This document shows positions 1 through 10,105 of a DNA stretch of 64,000 bases, in pieces (position 1 is the first letter of the stretch; each line of letters opens with the position of its first letter). A model generated the notes under the pieces. That model did no database searches, was not told the origin of the DNA, and saw only the letters and a program-made list of their open reading frames with translations. Source of the stretch: a bacterium (lineage in GTDB: Bacteria > Patescibacteriota > Minisyncoccia > Phycocordibacterales > UBA2100). The DNA is taken from positions 26,253 through 90,252 of the forward strand of contig JAUSHX010000010.1 in NCBI GenBank assembly GCA_030648265.1. The letters are read 5' to 3'. The position numbers and the translations under genes are program-made.

Positions 1-103
1 AATTACAAGTTCTTTATCCCTTACCACTTTTGCCATCAGAAAGGCAAAAGTGGTAAGGGATATCAGATTTACTAAGCTCGCTACGCTCGTAACAAAAACT
101 AAC
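1..103 (+). promoter_or_regulatory. conserved leader module, copy 1 (partial at window edge), abutting the rplQ ATG
   Basis: AATTACAAGTTCTTTA + hairpin CCCTTACCACTTTTGCC/GGCAAAAGTGGTAAGGG + TTTACTAAGCTCGCTACGCTCGTAACAAAAACTAAC-ATG. Confidence 0.7.
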
Positions 104-472
104 ATGAAGCACCACAAGAAAACGCGTACACTCGGACGAAAGACGGGGCAGCGTACGGCATTACTGCGAAGTTTGGCCCGCTCTCTCCTCCTTTCCGAGG
201 GAATAACAACGACTATCGCACGCGCTAAAGAACTGCGCCCATTCGTGGAAAAGATTATTTCAGCGAGCAAGCAAAACACCGTCGCCTCACGCCGCGAGAT
301 TTCTTCACGGTTGGGCGGGGCGGCAGATGTGGTACTCAAGTTGCACGGCGACCTTGCGCCCATGTTTAAAAACCGTGTCGGCGGTTATACCCGCATCATC
401 AGACTGGGAAGAGTGGGGAAGCGCGCCATTGAATCCGCCCGTATAGAGTTAGTCTCCGCCGATGAAAAATAA
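104..472 (+). CDS. rplQ: 50S ribosomal protein L17
   Basis: N-terminus MKHHKKTRTLGRKTGQR...KELRPFVEKIIS is typical of L17. The ORF track starts at 50, but the ATG at 104 matches the L17 N-terminus and is preceded by the conserved leader module. Confidence 0.9.
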   Translation: MKHHKKTRTLGRKTGQRTALLRSLARSLLLSEGITTTIARAKELRPFVEKIISASKQNTVASRREISSRLGGAADVVLKLHGDLAPMFKNRVGGYTRIIRLGRVGKRAIESARIELVSADEK

Positions 473-488
473 TTGAAGAAATAATTGT

Positions 489-845
489 ATGGCTACAAAA
501 TCCGAATATACTATAGATGCAGCAGGGAAAAGCTTGGGGCGTATTGCCTCTCAAGCGGCAAAGACGCTCATGGGCAAGACCGAAGCAGGCTATACGCCTA
601 ATATCGCATCACAGGTGCAGGTAACTGTTATAAATGCGGCAAAATTAATTAACACCGATAAGAAAAAGCTCGGCAAGAAATACACTTCGTATTCAGGTTA
701 TCCGGGAGGTTTGAAGACGGAGGCTCTCGGCAAGCTGCAGATACGCAAGAGCCACGCAGAACCGCTGCGCCGCGCGATAGAAAGAATGCTCCCGCGCAAT
801 ACGCTTCGTGTCGGCAGAATGAAAAACCTAAGGATTGTCGTGTAG
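489..845 (+). CDS. rplM: 50S ribosomal protein L13
   Basis: 118 aa; GKSLGRIASQAAKTLMGK...YTP matches L13; adjacent to rpsI as in the conserved rplM-rpsI pair. Confidence 0.9.
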   Translation: MATKSEYTIDAAGKSLGRIASQAAKTLMGKTEAGYTPNIASQVQVTVINAAKLINTDKKKLGKKYTSYSGYPGGLKTEALGKLQIRKSHAEPLRRAIERMLPRNTLRVGRMKNLRIVV

Positions 846-849
846 AATT

Positions 850-1038
850 GGAGCGAAGCGAACAATTGTACACTTGAGAATCCTTATCCGACACCACTTT
901 TGAAACTTCAAAAAAATATGCAATACTATTACACTCAATCACTACCAGCATTTATTGGCAGGAACTGCCGGATATCAAAAGTGGTGTCGGATGTAAGAGC
1001 TTCTAAACTCATTATCATTCGTTAAGAATCTCTAACAT
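850..1038 (+). promoter_or_regulatory. conserved leader module, copy 2, abutting the rpsI ATG
   Basis: Hairpin CCGACACCACTTTTGA ... TCAAAAGTGGTGTCGG (roughly 78 nt loop) + GTAAGAGCTTCTAAACTCATTATCATTCGTTAAGAATCTCTAACAT-ATG. Confidence 0.75.
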
Positions 1039-1434
1039 ATGGCAACCAAAGAACGATACGTTGAAGCGGTGGGACGAAGAAAGACGGCAAGTGCCCGCGC
1101 CCGTCTTACGCCCGCAAAGAGTTCTTCAATGACGGTGAACGGCAAAACCGCGGCGGAATATTTCCCGCTTGAGGCGCTTGTAAAAACAGCTTTTGAATCT
1201 CTCACCACGACCGGCTCCACCTACGCGGTTTCCGTACACGTTTCCGGCGGCGGACACAAAGGACAGGCAGTTGCAGTGCGCCACGCGATTTCCCGCGCAC
1301 TCACCGAAATAACTCCGGAATTCCGTAAAGACTTGAAACAAAGAGGATTTTTGAAACGCGACCCGAGAAAGAAAGAGCGCAAAAAGTTCGGCCTCAAGAA
1401 AGCCCGCCGTGCCCCACAGTGGTCAAAACGATAG
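1039..1434 (+). CDS. rpsI: 30S ribosomal protein S9
   Basis: 131 aa; basic C-terminus KKARRAPQWSKR typical of S9; follows rplM. Confidence 0.9.
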   Translation: MATKERYVEAVGRRKTASARARLTPAKSSSMTVNGKTAAEYFPLEALVKTAFESLTTTGSTYAVSVHVSGGGHKGQAVAVRHAISRALTEITPEFRKDLKQRGFLKRDPRKKERKKFGLKKARRAPQWSKR

Positions 1435-1520
1435 TTTTTGTTTTGTATTTCCTGTTTCCGGATTTCCTGGCAGCTAGTCCCTAAAACCTAGAACCTATTT
1501 TTGTGTTATACTCCCCATCC

Positions 1521-2120
1521 ATGAGTTTGAGTAAGAAAGATGAGAAAAAATCGGATTTAACTAAAAATCCAGAAGCAACACAGGTAGAAATCAAAGAAGG
1601 TGATTTTGAATTGGAAGGCGAGGAAAATGGTTCAGCAACTCTGGCAAATAAACTCAAGAAATTGAGAGCCGAGCTGGAAAAGTGCAAAGAAGAGAAGCGG
1701 GAATATCTTGTGGGCTGGCAGAGATGCAAGGCCGATTCCATAAACGCCCGTAAGGAAGCTGCGAGCATAGCCGAGCGGGTAGGAAATCGCGCGCGCGATT
1801 TTCTTGTTGAGGACATTATTCCCGCGCTTGACAGTTTTGACATGGCAATAGCGAGCGACGCATGGGCACAGATGGACGCAAATTGGAGGACAGGAATGGA
1901 AAATGTCCGCGCGCAACTTATTACGGCACTTCTAAATCAAGGGGTGACCGCCTACGCGGAAATTGGAGATGCTTTTGACCCGACACTCCATGAGGCAGTG
2001 CAAGAAATTGATGCGGATGGGGAGTCGGGCAGTGTTGCAAGAATCTTGCGGCGCGGTTACAAATCTGCGGGCAACATAATTCGCCCCGCACAGGTTGCGA
2101 TTGTCGCTCATAAAGAATAG
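1521..2120 (+). CDS. grpE: nucleotide exchange factor GrpE
   Basis: Coiled-coil N-terminus followed by a GrpE C-terminal domain; sits upstream of dnaK. The ORF track begins at a GTG at 1503; the ATG at 1521 is the more likely start. Confidence 0.85.
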   Translation: MSLSKKDEKKSDLTKNPEATQVEIKEGDFELEGEENGSATLANKLKKLRAELEKCKEEKREYLVGWQRCKADSINARKEAASIAERVGNRARDFLVEDIIPALDSFDMAIASDAWAQMDANWRTGMENVRAQLITALLNQGVTAYAEIGDAFDPTLHEAVQEIDADGESGSVARILRRGYKSAGNIIRPAQVAIVAHKE

Positions 2121-2142
2121 AATGACTTTCTAGTTGACAAAA

Positions 2143-2276
2143 TAACTCAGAGAATTTATGTATTCAGAAATTGTTATGAGCAGAGCAAATTACAAGTTCT
2201 TAACCCAGCACCTTTCGCGAAAGGTGCTGGGTGTAAGAGCTTCTAAACTCATTATCATTCATTAAGAATCTCTAAC
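2143..2276 (+). promoter_or_regulatory. conserved leader module, copy 3, abutting the dnaK ATG
   Basis: GAAATTGTTATGAGCAGAGCAAATTACAAGTTCTTAACCC + hairpin AGCACCTTTCG-cg-AAAGGTGCT + GGGTGTAAGAGCTTCTAAACTCATTATCATTCATTAAGAATCTCTAAC-ATG. The 3' part is almost identical to copy 2. Confidence 0.8.
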
Positions 2277-4145
2277 ATGGGAAAAATAATTGGCATTGAC
2301 TTGGGAACGACGAACTCCGCAGTCGCAGTGGTGCGAAGCGGGGAACCGGAAATCATAGAGAACGCAGAGGGCGCGCGGACAACGCCGTCGGTAGTCGCAA
2401 TTTCAAAGACGGGAGAAAAGCTCGTAGGGCTTTTGGCGCGCAGACAGGGAGTTACCAACCCTAAAAATACGGTATACCAAATAAAGCGCTTTATCGGGCA
2501 TTCTTTTGACGAAAAAGCTGTTGAGAAAGACCGCGCAGCAGTGCCTTTTGAAATCCGGAAATCAGATAACGGGGGAATTGAAGTTCACATGGGCGAGAAA
2601 TGGTTCCGTCCCGAAGAAATCTCGGCGATGATTTTGCAGAAACTGAAACAGGATGCCGAGGCAAAGCTCGGTGAAACAATTACTGAAGCTGTCATTACCG
2701 TGCCCGCATACTTTAACGATGCTCAACGACAGGCTACGCGCGATGCGGGGAAAATCGCAGGACTGGACGTGAAGCGCATCATCAATGAGCCAACCGCGGC
2801 GGCGCTTGCTTACGGATTTAATAAGAAAAAGAATGAGAAAATCGTTGTATTTGATTTCGGCGGTGGAACCTTTGATATCTCTGTTCTGGAGGTTGGTGAT
2901 GACGTCATTGAGGTGCGTTCAACGGACGGCGACAGCCATCTAGGCGGAAAAGATATTGACCAGAAGATAATGACATGGATTGCGGATGAATTTAAAAAGG
3001 AATCCGGTATTGACGTGCGCAATGACCCTCTCGCGCGCCAGCGCCTTGATGAAGCGGCGGAAAAGGCAAAGATTGAGCTTTCCACGGCCAAAGAAACCGA
3101 GGTAAATATCCCTTTCATTACGTCCGACTCATCCGGTCCGCGCCACCTGCTCGTGAAAATGACACGGGCAAAATTGGAGGACCTTTCCGGTGAATTTATC
3201 CAGCAGGCGATGACAATCACGAATCGGGCAATGGACGCGTCTCCATTTAAGATAGGGGATTTGAATGAAGTGATTCTTGTGGGAGGACAAACGCGCATGC
3301 CGGCGCTCCAAAAAGCCGTTGAAGATTTCTTCCATAAGAAACCCAACATGACGGTAAATCCGGACGAAGTGGTCGCCATCGGTGCAGCCATCCAAGGTGG
3401 AATCCTTCAGGGAGACGTCAAAGATGTTCTCCTTCTGGACGTTATCCCTCTATCAATGGGAATAGAAACATTGGGAGGCGTCGCCACAAAGATAATAGAA
3501 CGCAATACGACAATCCCCACGTCACGTTCGCAGGTATTTTCCACTGCATCCGACAACCAACCATCTGTGGAAATTCACATTGTGCAGGGAGAAAGACCGA
3601 TGGCGGGAGACAACAAATCACTAGGAAGGTTTAACCTAGACGGAATACCTCCGGCTCCGCGCGGAATGCCCCAGGTTGAGGTCAAGTTTGATATAGATGC
3701 AAATGGTATTTTGAGCGTTACCGCAAAAGATAAGACTTCCGGAAAAGAGCAGTCAATCCGCATTGAAGCGCGCTCCGGCCTCACGGATGCCGAGGTTGAG
3801 AAAATGCGCAAAGATGCCGATGTTAACGCCGATGCCGACAAACAAAAACGCGAGCTCGTGGAGGCGCAAAATGCCGCGGACCAGATTCAGTACGCCGCGG
3901 AAAAAGCGCTTAAAGAACATGGTGAAAAGGTGAGCGAAGACATCCGAAAAAATGTAGAGGAGAAGATAGTGGCGCTTAAGACAGCGCGCGCGGGTACGGA
4001 CACTACTGCAATCAAAACCGCGTCCGATGCGCTCGGAACGGCCATGAGCGCGATTGGGGAGGCAATGTCAAAAAATCCCCCGCCACAGGAACCCCCACAG
4101 GGCGGAGAGCAGAAGCCGCCGGAAGAAACTCCGCCTCAAAAATAA
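2277..4145 (+). CDS. dnaK: molecular chaperone DnaK (Hsp70)
   Basis: 622 aa; [22 protein letters not shown] and the Hsp70 substrate-binding domain are all present. Confidence 0.97.
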   Translation: MGKIIGIDLGTTNSAVAVVRSGEPEIIENAEGARTTPSVVAISKTGEKLVGLLARRQGVTNPKNTVYQIKRFIGHSFDEKAVEKDRAAVPFEIRKSDNGGIEVHMGEKWFRPEEISAMILQKLKQDAEAKLGETITEAVITVPAYFNDAQRQATRDAGKIAGLDVKRIINEPTAAALAYGFNKKKNEKIVVFDFGGGTFDISVLEVGDDVIEVRSTDGDSHLGGKDIDQKIMTWIADEFKKESGIDVRNDPLARQRLDEAAEKAKIELSTAKETEVNIPFITSDSSGPRHLLVKMTRAKLEDLSGEFIQQAMTITNRAMDASPFKIGDLNEVILVGGQTRMPALQKAVEDFFHKKPNMTVNPDEVVAIGAAIQGGILQGDVKDVLLLDVIPLSMGIETLGGVATKIIERNTTIPTSRSQVFSTASDNQPSVEIHIVQGERPMAGDNKSLGRFNLDGIPPAPRGMPQVEVKFDIDANGILSVTAKDKTSGKEQSIRIEARSGLTDAEVEKMRKDADVNADADKQKRELVEAQNAADQIQYAAEKALKEHGEKVSEDIRKNVEEKIVALKTARAGTDTTAIKTASDALGTAMSAIGEAMSKNPPPQEPPQGGEQKPPEETPPQK

Positions 4146-4170
4146 AAAGTGTTCGGACAGCATATATGTG

Positions 4171-4200
4171 ACCATTAGTGTACATATGTACACTAATGGT
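4171..4200. promoter_or_regulatory. 30 bp perfect palindrome between dnaK and dnaJ (CIRCE-like candidate operator)
   Basis: ACCATTAGTGTACAT|ATGTACACTAATGGT. The TTAGTGTAC / GTACACTAA half-sites partially resemble CIRCE (TTAGCACTC-N9-GAGTGCTAA). It sits 50 nt upstream of the dnaJ -10 box. Confidence 0.4.
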
Positions 4201-4262
4201 AACTCGCGCTGACAACTTCATGAAAGACTTTTCTTTTGGAAACATTCGACTATAATCACCGT

Positions 4263-5342
4263 ATGAAGAATTACTACGATATACTTGGGATCACCAAGAC
4301 GGCAAGTGAGGAAGAAATAAAATCAGCATTCAGAAAACTCGCGCATAAATACCATCCCGATAAAAAAGGCGGGGATGAGAAGAAATTTAAAGAGGCGAGC
4401 GAGGCGTACGCGGTGCTTTCCGATAAGAAAAAGCGCGCGGAATACGATACGTATGGAAAAACATTCGCCGGTGGAGGCCAGCAGGCCGGCGGATTCGGAG
4501 GCGGATTCGATTTCTCTGATTTCGCGCAGGGGGGCGCGAACTTCGGCGATCAGGAGTTTGACCTCGGTGACATTTTCGGAGAATTTTTCGGAGGTAGTGC
4601 AAGAGGCACAGCGGGCAAAAGGCGAGGCCGCGACATTTCAGTAGACATTGAACTGCCGTTCCGCGAAGCGATATTCGGTACTGAACGCAGGATGCTAATC
4701 GCCAAAATGAGCGTGTGCGGAGCATGCGACGGCACGGGCGCCAAAAAGGGAACAAAGCGCACAACGTGCAGTTCGTGCAACGGCAAGGGTAACATTCGCG
4801 AAGCTCGAAATACGTTCTTTGGCAATTTCACAACGACGCGCACGTGCCCGCGCTGTTTAGGCCGCGGCGAGGTGCCGGAACACCAGTGCGACATCTGCAA
4901 GGGACAGGGCATCGCGAAGAGGGAAGAAGAAATCCATGTCATCGTTCCTGCCGGAGTATCAGACGGTGAAATGATACGCATGCCAGGGAAAGGCGAGGCC
5001 GCAGCAGGAGGAGTCGCCGGCGATCTCTATGTCAAACTGCATGTCAAGGCCGACAGGGCATTTACCCGCGAAGGAAACAATCTTTTGACGGTTCTTCATC
5101 TGAAGCTTACCGATGCGCTCTTGGGCGGTGAATTTAAGGTTGAGACGCTTGACGGCCCGCTCTCTGTCAGCGTCCCGCAGGGTGTCGCACACGGAGAACT
5201 TCTGCGTGTGCGTGAGCGCGGGGTCCCGCACGGCAGGGGCTCGCGCGGGGATTTATTGGTGCGGGTTGATATCCAATTTCCGAAGAAACTCTCGCGCACG
5301 GCGAGCGAACTTATTGCGCAACTGCGCAAGGAGGGGCTGTAA
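4263..5342 (+). CDS. dnaJ: molecular chaperone DnaJ
   Basis: J-domain (YYDILGI...HPDK), G/F-rich linker, and four CxxCxGxG zinc-finger repeats. The ORF track gives a TTG start at 4236; the ATG at 4263 has TATAAT 6 nt upstream. Confidence 0.95.
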   Translation: MKNYYDILGITKTASEEEIKSAFRKLAHKYHPDKKGGDEKKFKEASEAYAVLSDKKKRAEYDTYGKTFAGGGQQAGGFGGGFDFSDFAQGGANFGDQEFDLGDIFGEFFGGSARGTAGKRRGRDISVDIELPFREAIFGTERRMLIAKMSVCGACDGTGAKKGTKRTTCSSCNGKGNIREARNTFFGNFTTTRTCPRCLGRGEVPEHQCDICKGQGIAKREEEIHVIVPAGVSDGEMIRMPGKGEAAAGGVAGDLYVKLHVKADRAFTREGNNLLTVLHLKLTDALLGGEFKVETLDGPLSVSVPQGVAHGELLRVRERGVPHGRGSRGDLLVRVDIQFPKKLSRTASELIAQLRKEGL

Positions 5343-5400
5343 GACTAGGGGCTAGGTTTTAGGGGATAGGGTATAGTAACACTTGAATCAAAATGGTTCA
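5343..5400 (+). repeat. intergenic repeat (family 2, degenerate) between dnaJ and the CvpA-like gene
   Basis: GACTAGGGGCTAGGTTTTAGGGGATAGGGTATAGTAAC. Confidence 0.5.
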
Positions 5401-5408
5401 TCACGAAC

Positions 5409-5894
5409 ATGGCTCCAATAAATGTTTTCTTCAGCCACATTCCAATAGATTGGATAATAATTGCTGTTTTTGCGATTATTGTTGCATTTGACGCAATGCG
5501 CTCCGGGTCTGGAAGAGCCACCTCTTTTGCGTTATCTCTACCGGCCACTCTTTTTATCGTCGCGGAACTTCCTCATGCAAAGTTCTTGTCTGGTGTCACT
5601 GAACAATTCACATCGTCCGTCCTTAAGGCTCTTCTTTTCGGGATTGTTTTTGTCGTCACATACATACTTGTGCGCAGAATGAGCGCTCCTGATGCAACCG
5701 ACAGCGGGCAAATCATACAGGCCATCGTGGCGGGTATTGCCGCAACTGCTGTCGCAATAGTAGTATGGTTGCAAGTTCCGGAGCTTCAATCAGTCTGGCA
5801 CTTCGGCGCGCAGATACAGGCGATTTTCGGCGAGGCATATCGCTTTTGGTGGATAGCCGGCTCATTCGCCGCACTTGCGTTTGTGAGAGATTAA
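5409..5894 (+). CDS. CvpA-family membrane protein (colicin V production protein-like)
   Basis: About 160 aa with four predicted TM segments; N-terminus IDWIIIAVFAIIVAFDAMRSG resembles the CvpA N-terminus. Confidence 0.5.
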   Translation: MAPINVFFSHIPIDWIIIAVFAIIVAFDAMRSGSGRATSFALSLPATLFIVAELPHAKFLSGVTEQFTSSVLKALLFGIVFVVTYILVRRMSAPDATDSGQIIQAIVAGIAATAVAIVVWLQVPELQSVWHFGAQIQAIFGEAYRFWWIAGSFAALAFVRD

Positions 5895-5935
5895 AAAAAT
5901 GGCCACCCCCCTTGCGAGAAGTGGCCATCTAGTCG
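5895..5935. terminator. hairpin between convergent genes (candidate bidirectional terminator)
   Basis: aaaaaaatggccaccccccttgcgagaagtggccat: stem ATGGCCAC/GTGGCCAT flanked by an A-run. It lies between the CvpA-like gene (+) and the FabH-like gene (-). Confidence 0.5.
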
Positions 5936-5976
5936 TTTACCGGTCGCACTTGATGGCGACATCAGTATAGTGTGCG

Positions 5977-7008
5977 TCAGAACCGGAAATATGCGAGCGA
6001 GAACGACATTCCCGCTGAGGCAACCGCGGCGAGAACTCGCATTCCACGGCGGAGTGAACCATCTTTCAGTGCGAGTGCCATCGCCGCCGGAATCGCCGCC
6101 GATACGACATTTCCGCAACTCGCGTAGATGTCGTATATCTTGTTGCCAAGTCCCATTTGTGTAGCGGCCTCCGCCCAGTCGCTCTTTGAAGAGCTATGGG
6201 TAAACAAGATGTCCACGTCCTCGGCTTTTATTCCGAACTTTTGGAACTCCTCCACGATAAAGGGAAGTCCGTAAAGTCGCAGTTCGGCCCCGTAGGAAGT
6301 AAACAGCCCTGGTCCGTCCTTGGCAATGCGTGGTGAGGATATTGGATGAGCACCGTACCACGGAGGCGTGATTGTGCATAAATCGAACAAATCATTCTGC
6401 GTCGTGTTTGAATGAAGCCAGGGATTTGAGTCCTGCACAAGAATCGTCGCCGTCGCCGCTTCTCCGATGGTGAGCGTCGGGAAACGCCATTCAAGTTGCT
6501 CGCGCGACGAAAACTTGAAGAGTTTAGCGAGGGTGTCGCTGTGCGTCAGACTAAACTCCTGGTTTACAATCATTACCCGCCGATAGCCCCCGATATTCAT
6601 CAGCGCCTCTGCCACCTTAGCAGCCTTCATCCACCCGTCGCATGCTTCTTTTAAATCGAAGCATTCAACGGTGTTTAGGCCAAGTTCGTGGGCAACAAGA
6701 TTGGCTGTTGATGGCTCGACGAGCTCGGAGTGCACTCCAGCGACAATTAGAAGGTCGATTTTGTTGTCATCGACCAACTTGTCCATCGCCTCCTTACTTG
6801 CCTGGACGGTGAGTCCAAGTGATGACTCATTGTGTCCAAGCCACATGCGAGTATCCGAACCACTGCCTTTTAATAGCCGTTCAATGAGCCTTAGAGTGGC
6901 TGGCAAATTGTCCGAAAATTCATCGCTTCTGGAACTAATTTCCTGGAGCACGTCGTGATTCGTAACCTTCCTGGAGGGAAGGGCCACTGCCACACTCTCG
7001 ACTTTCAT
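5977..7008 (-). CDS. FabH-like 3-oxoacyl-ACP synthase III family condensing enzyme (thiolase fold)
   Basis: 343 aa; C-terminal GNVVSAAIPAAMALAL...GMRVLAAVASAGMSFSLAYFRF matches the KAS III C-terminal domain; there is no flanking fatty-acid synthesis operon. Confidence 0.6.
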   Translation of the reverse strand: MKVESVAVALPSRKVTNHDVLQEISSRSDEFSDNLPATLRLIERLLKGSGSDTRMWLGHNESSLGLTVQASKEAMDKLVDDNKIDLLIVAGVHSELVEPSTANLVAHELGLNTVECFDLKEACDGWMKAAKVAEALMNIGGYRRVMIVNQEFSLTHSDTLAKLFKFSSREQLEWRFPTLTIGEAATATILVQDSNPWLHSNTTQNDLFDLCTITPPWYGAHPISSPRIAKDGPGLFTSYGAELRLYGLPFIVEEFQKFGIKAEDVDILFTHSSSKSDWAEAATQMGLGNKIYDIYASCGNVVSAAIPAAMALALKDGSLRRGMRVLAAVASAGMSFSLAYFRF

Positions 7009-7153
7009 GCTATCTCCTTACGCGGCTCTGGCCGCTCAAATGCTACACTATGAATGCCCCTGCGGGCCTACTGCGATAATGCCATGACTAAGCGATCAAG
7101 TCAAACGAACATTTAGTACGTGATACCATAACAAGACATTGTATTAGGAATAT

Positions 7154-8743
7154 ATGCTTAGCGTCACAAACAGCCTGCTTGCCATGACAGCTCTTTTTAA
7201 CTTAGGGCTGATGGTGCTGATTCTGCGCGGAAGCGGGGGAAAACCGACAAATCTATTCTTCAGCATTTTCTTAAGCGCGCTGTCTCTTTGGGCGCTTGCC
7301 CTTATAGGGTTTGAACTGGCTCTGTCCGACCAATTAGCTCTCATCTTCGGCAAAATCACTTATGCCGCAGCCCTCACAGTCGGAATGAGTTTCTACTTGT
7401 TCTCAATCGCTTTTCCTGAAGAGAGCATGCCGAGCAAATATACATTGTCTATAACTATATGTTCGTCAATTCTTTACATATTGGCGCTTTTTATACCATC
7501 GTTTTTGGCACGTAGTTTGCATGTGTACTCCTGGGGCAGGCAGATTGAACTTGGTATTCCCGAATATCTATTATTTGCTTTTATGTTCGTATCTTTTTAT
7601 GTAGGAGGACTTATCCGCACATGGACGAAGTACTTTTACGCTAAAGGAATCACGCGTTTACAGCTTCTGGTTATCTCACTCAGCGTGACTATAACCGGAC
7701 TCGGTGGAATGTATTACAACCTCGTGCTTGCATCTCCCTTCCTGCGAGACTATAGCTACTTGTGGACAGGACCGCTCTTCACCACCTCAATCGCGGTATT
7801 AATAACATATTCCGTATTTCGCTTGAAATTGTTCAACGCAAAAGTCATAGTAACTGAGCTCCTCATTTCGCTTCTTTGGATCGTTACTTTTTTGAGAACG
7901 ATGTTGGCAGTGGACCGGCAAGAACAATTATTCAACGCCCTTTTATTCTTCCTCTCTCTCATCATCGGCGCCCTGCTCATTAGGAGTGTTCGGCGTGAAG
8001 TTGCACAGCGCGAACTGATTCAAAAACAGGAGCAGGAATTGGAGGTGGTGAATCACCAACAGGAAGGGCTTTTACACTTCATCAGCCATGAGGTAAAGGG
8101 GTATCTCACGAAGAACGAAGCGGGGTTTGCCGCAATTACAGAAGGTGATTACGGGGCTGTCTCTGAACCATTGAAAACAATGGCGGCTTCGGCGCTTGTA
8201 GACACGCGCAGGGGGGTGGAGACTGTTATGGACATACTTGACGCATCCAATTTGAAAAAGGGAACTGTCGCATACGACAAAAAAGCTTTCAATCTTTCTT
8301 CCGCAATTCAGGATGTCGTGAATTCTCTCAAACCAATGGCACAGGAAAAAAGAATCTCTCTAGAATATACAAACGGCACGGGCGGTCCGGCAACAATCAA
8401 TGGAGATGAGAACAAATTACGCCGGCACGTAATACGGAACTTGATAGACAATTCTATCCGTTACACGCCTTCCGGAAACGTGAGCGTAGAGCTAACCAAA
8501 AATGGTTCTGCACTCCGAATGACCGTTACAGATACCGGCGTCGGCATTTCTCCGGAAGATATGCAAAAGTTATTTACGGAAGGCGGCCACGGCTCCGATT
8601 CAATAAAAGTAAACGTGCACTCAACCGGATACGGACTTTACATCGCCAAATCAATCGTGGAAGCGCACGGAGGCAAAATCTGGGCCGAATCGGATGGGAA
8701 GGCCAGAGGTTCAAGGTTTATTGTTGAACTTCCTGCCGTGTAG
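7154..8743 (+). CDS. sensor histidine kinase (polytopic membrane sensor + HisKA + HATPase_c)
   Basis: About 7 TM segments N-terminal; H-box HFISHEVKG; G-box region DTGVGISPEDMQKLF...GYGLYIAKSIVEAHGG. No response regulator is adjacent. Confidence 0.85.
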   Translation: MLSVTNSLLAMTALFNLGLMVLILRGSGGKPTNLFFSIFLSALSLWALALIGFELALSDQLALIFGKITYAAALTVGMSFYLFSIAFPEESMPSKYTLSITICSSILYILALFIPSFLARSLHVYSWGRQIELGIPEYLLFAFMFVSFYVGGLIRTWTKYFYAKGITRLQLLVISLSVTITGLGGMYYNLVLASPFLRDYSYLWTGPLFTTSIAVLITYSVFRLKLFNAKVIVTELLISLLWIVTFLRTMLAVDRQEQLFNALLFFLSLIIGALLIRSVRREVAQRELIQKQEQELEVVNHQQEGLLHFISHEVKGYLTKNEAGFAAITEGDYGAVSEPLKTMAASALVDTRRGVETVMDILDASNLKKGTVAYDKKAFNLSSAIQDVVNSLKPMAQEKRISLEYTNGTGGPATINGDENKLRRHVIRNLIDNSIRYTPSGNVSVELTKNGSALRMTVTDTGVGISPEDMQKLFTEGGHGSDSIKVNVHSTGYGLYIAKSIVEAHGGKIWAESDGKARGSRFIVELPAV

Positions 8744-8756
8744 TACAATCGACCTT

Positions 8757-9092
8757 ATGTTGAAAGATACAGACATCAAGAAACTGAAAGCTGTCTTTCC
8801 GACGAAAAAGGACATCCGCGGCATAGTTCAGCAAGAACTGAAAGGGACTGATGCGCGTTTTGATAGGATTGAGACCGTTGTCGTAAGTACTAATCAGCAC
8901 ATAAGTGTGCTTGTATCACGAATCGACAGTATGGAAGAAACGCTTGAACGACTGGTGCAGGGCGTAGACAAACTCGTTACGGAATTTCAGGAGCTCCGCC
9001 GAGAATATGCTGCGATGAGCGAGCAGTTAACACGCCATGAGCGTTGGATTAAACAAATCGCAAGAAAAGCTGGCGTCGTGCTTGCAGAATAA
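8757..9092 (+). CDS. hypothetical small coiled-coil protein
   Basis: ORF with a heptad-like, charged sequence. The ORF track begins at 8694 inside the kinase gene; the ATG at 8757 is the first start after the kinase stop. Confidence 0.4.
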   Translation: MLKDTDIKKLKAVFPTKKDIRGIVQQELKGTDARFDRIETVVVSTNQHISVLVSRIDSMEETLERLVQGVDKLVTEFQELRREYAAMSEQLTRHERWIKQIARKAGVVLAE

Positions 9093-9154
9093 ACCCTGGC
9101 AACAGATACTCTCCACAGTTTAGAACTGGCCTTATTTTCTGGTATATTTAACCG

Positions 9155-10096
9155 ATGCAAAAGAAACGACTTTTCACTGGTCTTCAGCCCTCCGGCGATC
9201 TCCACATAGGCAACTACTTGGGCGCGCTTCGGCCATTCGTATCTATGTATGGAGAGTACGAGAGCATGCTCATGGTTGCTGATTACCACGCGCTCACAAC
9301 GCTTAAAGACGCGCCGGAACTCCGCGAAAACATACTGAATGCTGTCAGGGATTATCTCGCTATCGGGGTGGACCCGAAGCGCGCGACTATTTTCCAGCAG
9401 TCCGCTGTTCCTGCGCACACGGAGCTCGCATGGATACTGGAGTGCATGGTTACAGTCCCATTTCTCATGCAAGCGCACGCATATAAAGACAAGGTATCAA
9501 AGGGGCTTGATGCGAACGCAGGTCTTTTTGCATACCCAATGCTCATGGCGGCCGATATCCTCATGTACGACACCGACGTGGTTCCTGTGGGGCAGGACCA
9601 GAAACAGCACGTTGAGTACGCGCGCGAGGCGGCCTCGAAATTCAACAAGGCTTACGGAGACACTTTCAAAGAGCCAAGGGAACAAATCCTCCATCCGGTT
9701 GCCGTGCCGGGTACAGACGGCAGGAAAATGAGCAAGAGCTATGGCAACACCATTCCGCTTTTTGGAACAAGGGATGAGATTCAAAAGGCCGTGATGAGCA
9801 TTCTTACCGATTCAAAAGGGGAAAGCCCCGAAAACGTGTATGCAATTCATCGGCTTGTAAAGGACGAGACAGAAATTGCATCGCTCTATAAAACAAACAA
9901 AGGGAAGTACAAGGTCGTGAAGGATGCTCTTGCCTCCGACATTGAAGCTCTCGTGGCGCCTATGCGGGAACGACGCGGGTCAATCAGCGATGCGGACGTC
10001 ATTCGTATCTTGAAAGGGGGTAAAGAGAAAGCTCGCGAACAGGCAGAGGCAAAGATGCTGGTTGTCAGGCAAAAAGTCGGCGTTTCAATCTCGTAA
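9155..10096 (+). CDS. trpS: tryptophan--tRNA ligase
   Basis: Class I HIGH-like motif (GDLHIGNYLGA), KMSKS and the TrpRS core. Confidence 0.93.
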   Translation: MQKKRLFTGLQPSGDLHIGNYLGALRPFVSMYGEYESMLMVADYHALTTLKDAPELRENILNAVRDYLAIGVDPKRATIFQQSAVPAHTELAWILECMVTVPFLMQAHAYKDKVSKGLDANAGLFAYPMLMAADILMYDTDVVPVGQDQKQHVEYAREAASKFNKAYGDTFKEPREQILHPVAVPGTDGRKMSKSYGNTIPLFGTRDEIQKAVMSILTDSKGESPENVYAIHRLVKDETEIASLYKTNKGKYKVVKDALASDIEALVAPMRERRGSISDADVIRILKGGKEKAREQAEAKMLVVRQKVGVSIS

Positions 10097-10105
10097 ATAC
10101 TACGT

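Noticed and set aside
4171-4200. Calling the dnaK-dnaJ palindrome a bona fide CIRCE/HrcA operator
   Set aside because: The half-site core (TTAGTGTAC) differs from the CIRCE consensus (TTAGCACTC), and the spacing is 0-5 nt rather than 9. No hrcA gene is in the window. It is reported only as CIRCE-like.
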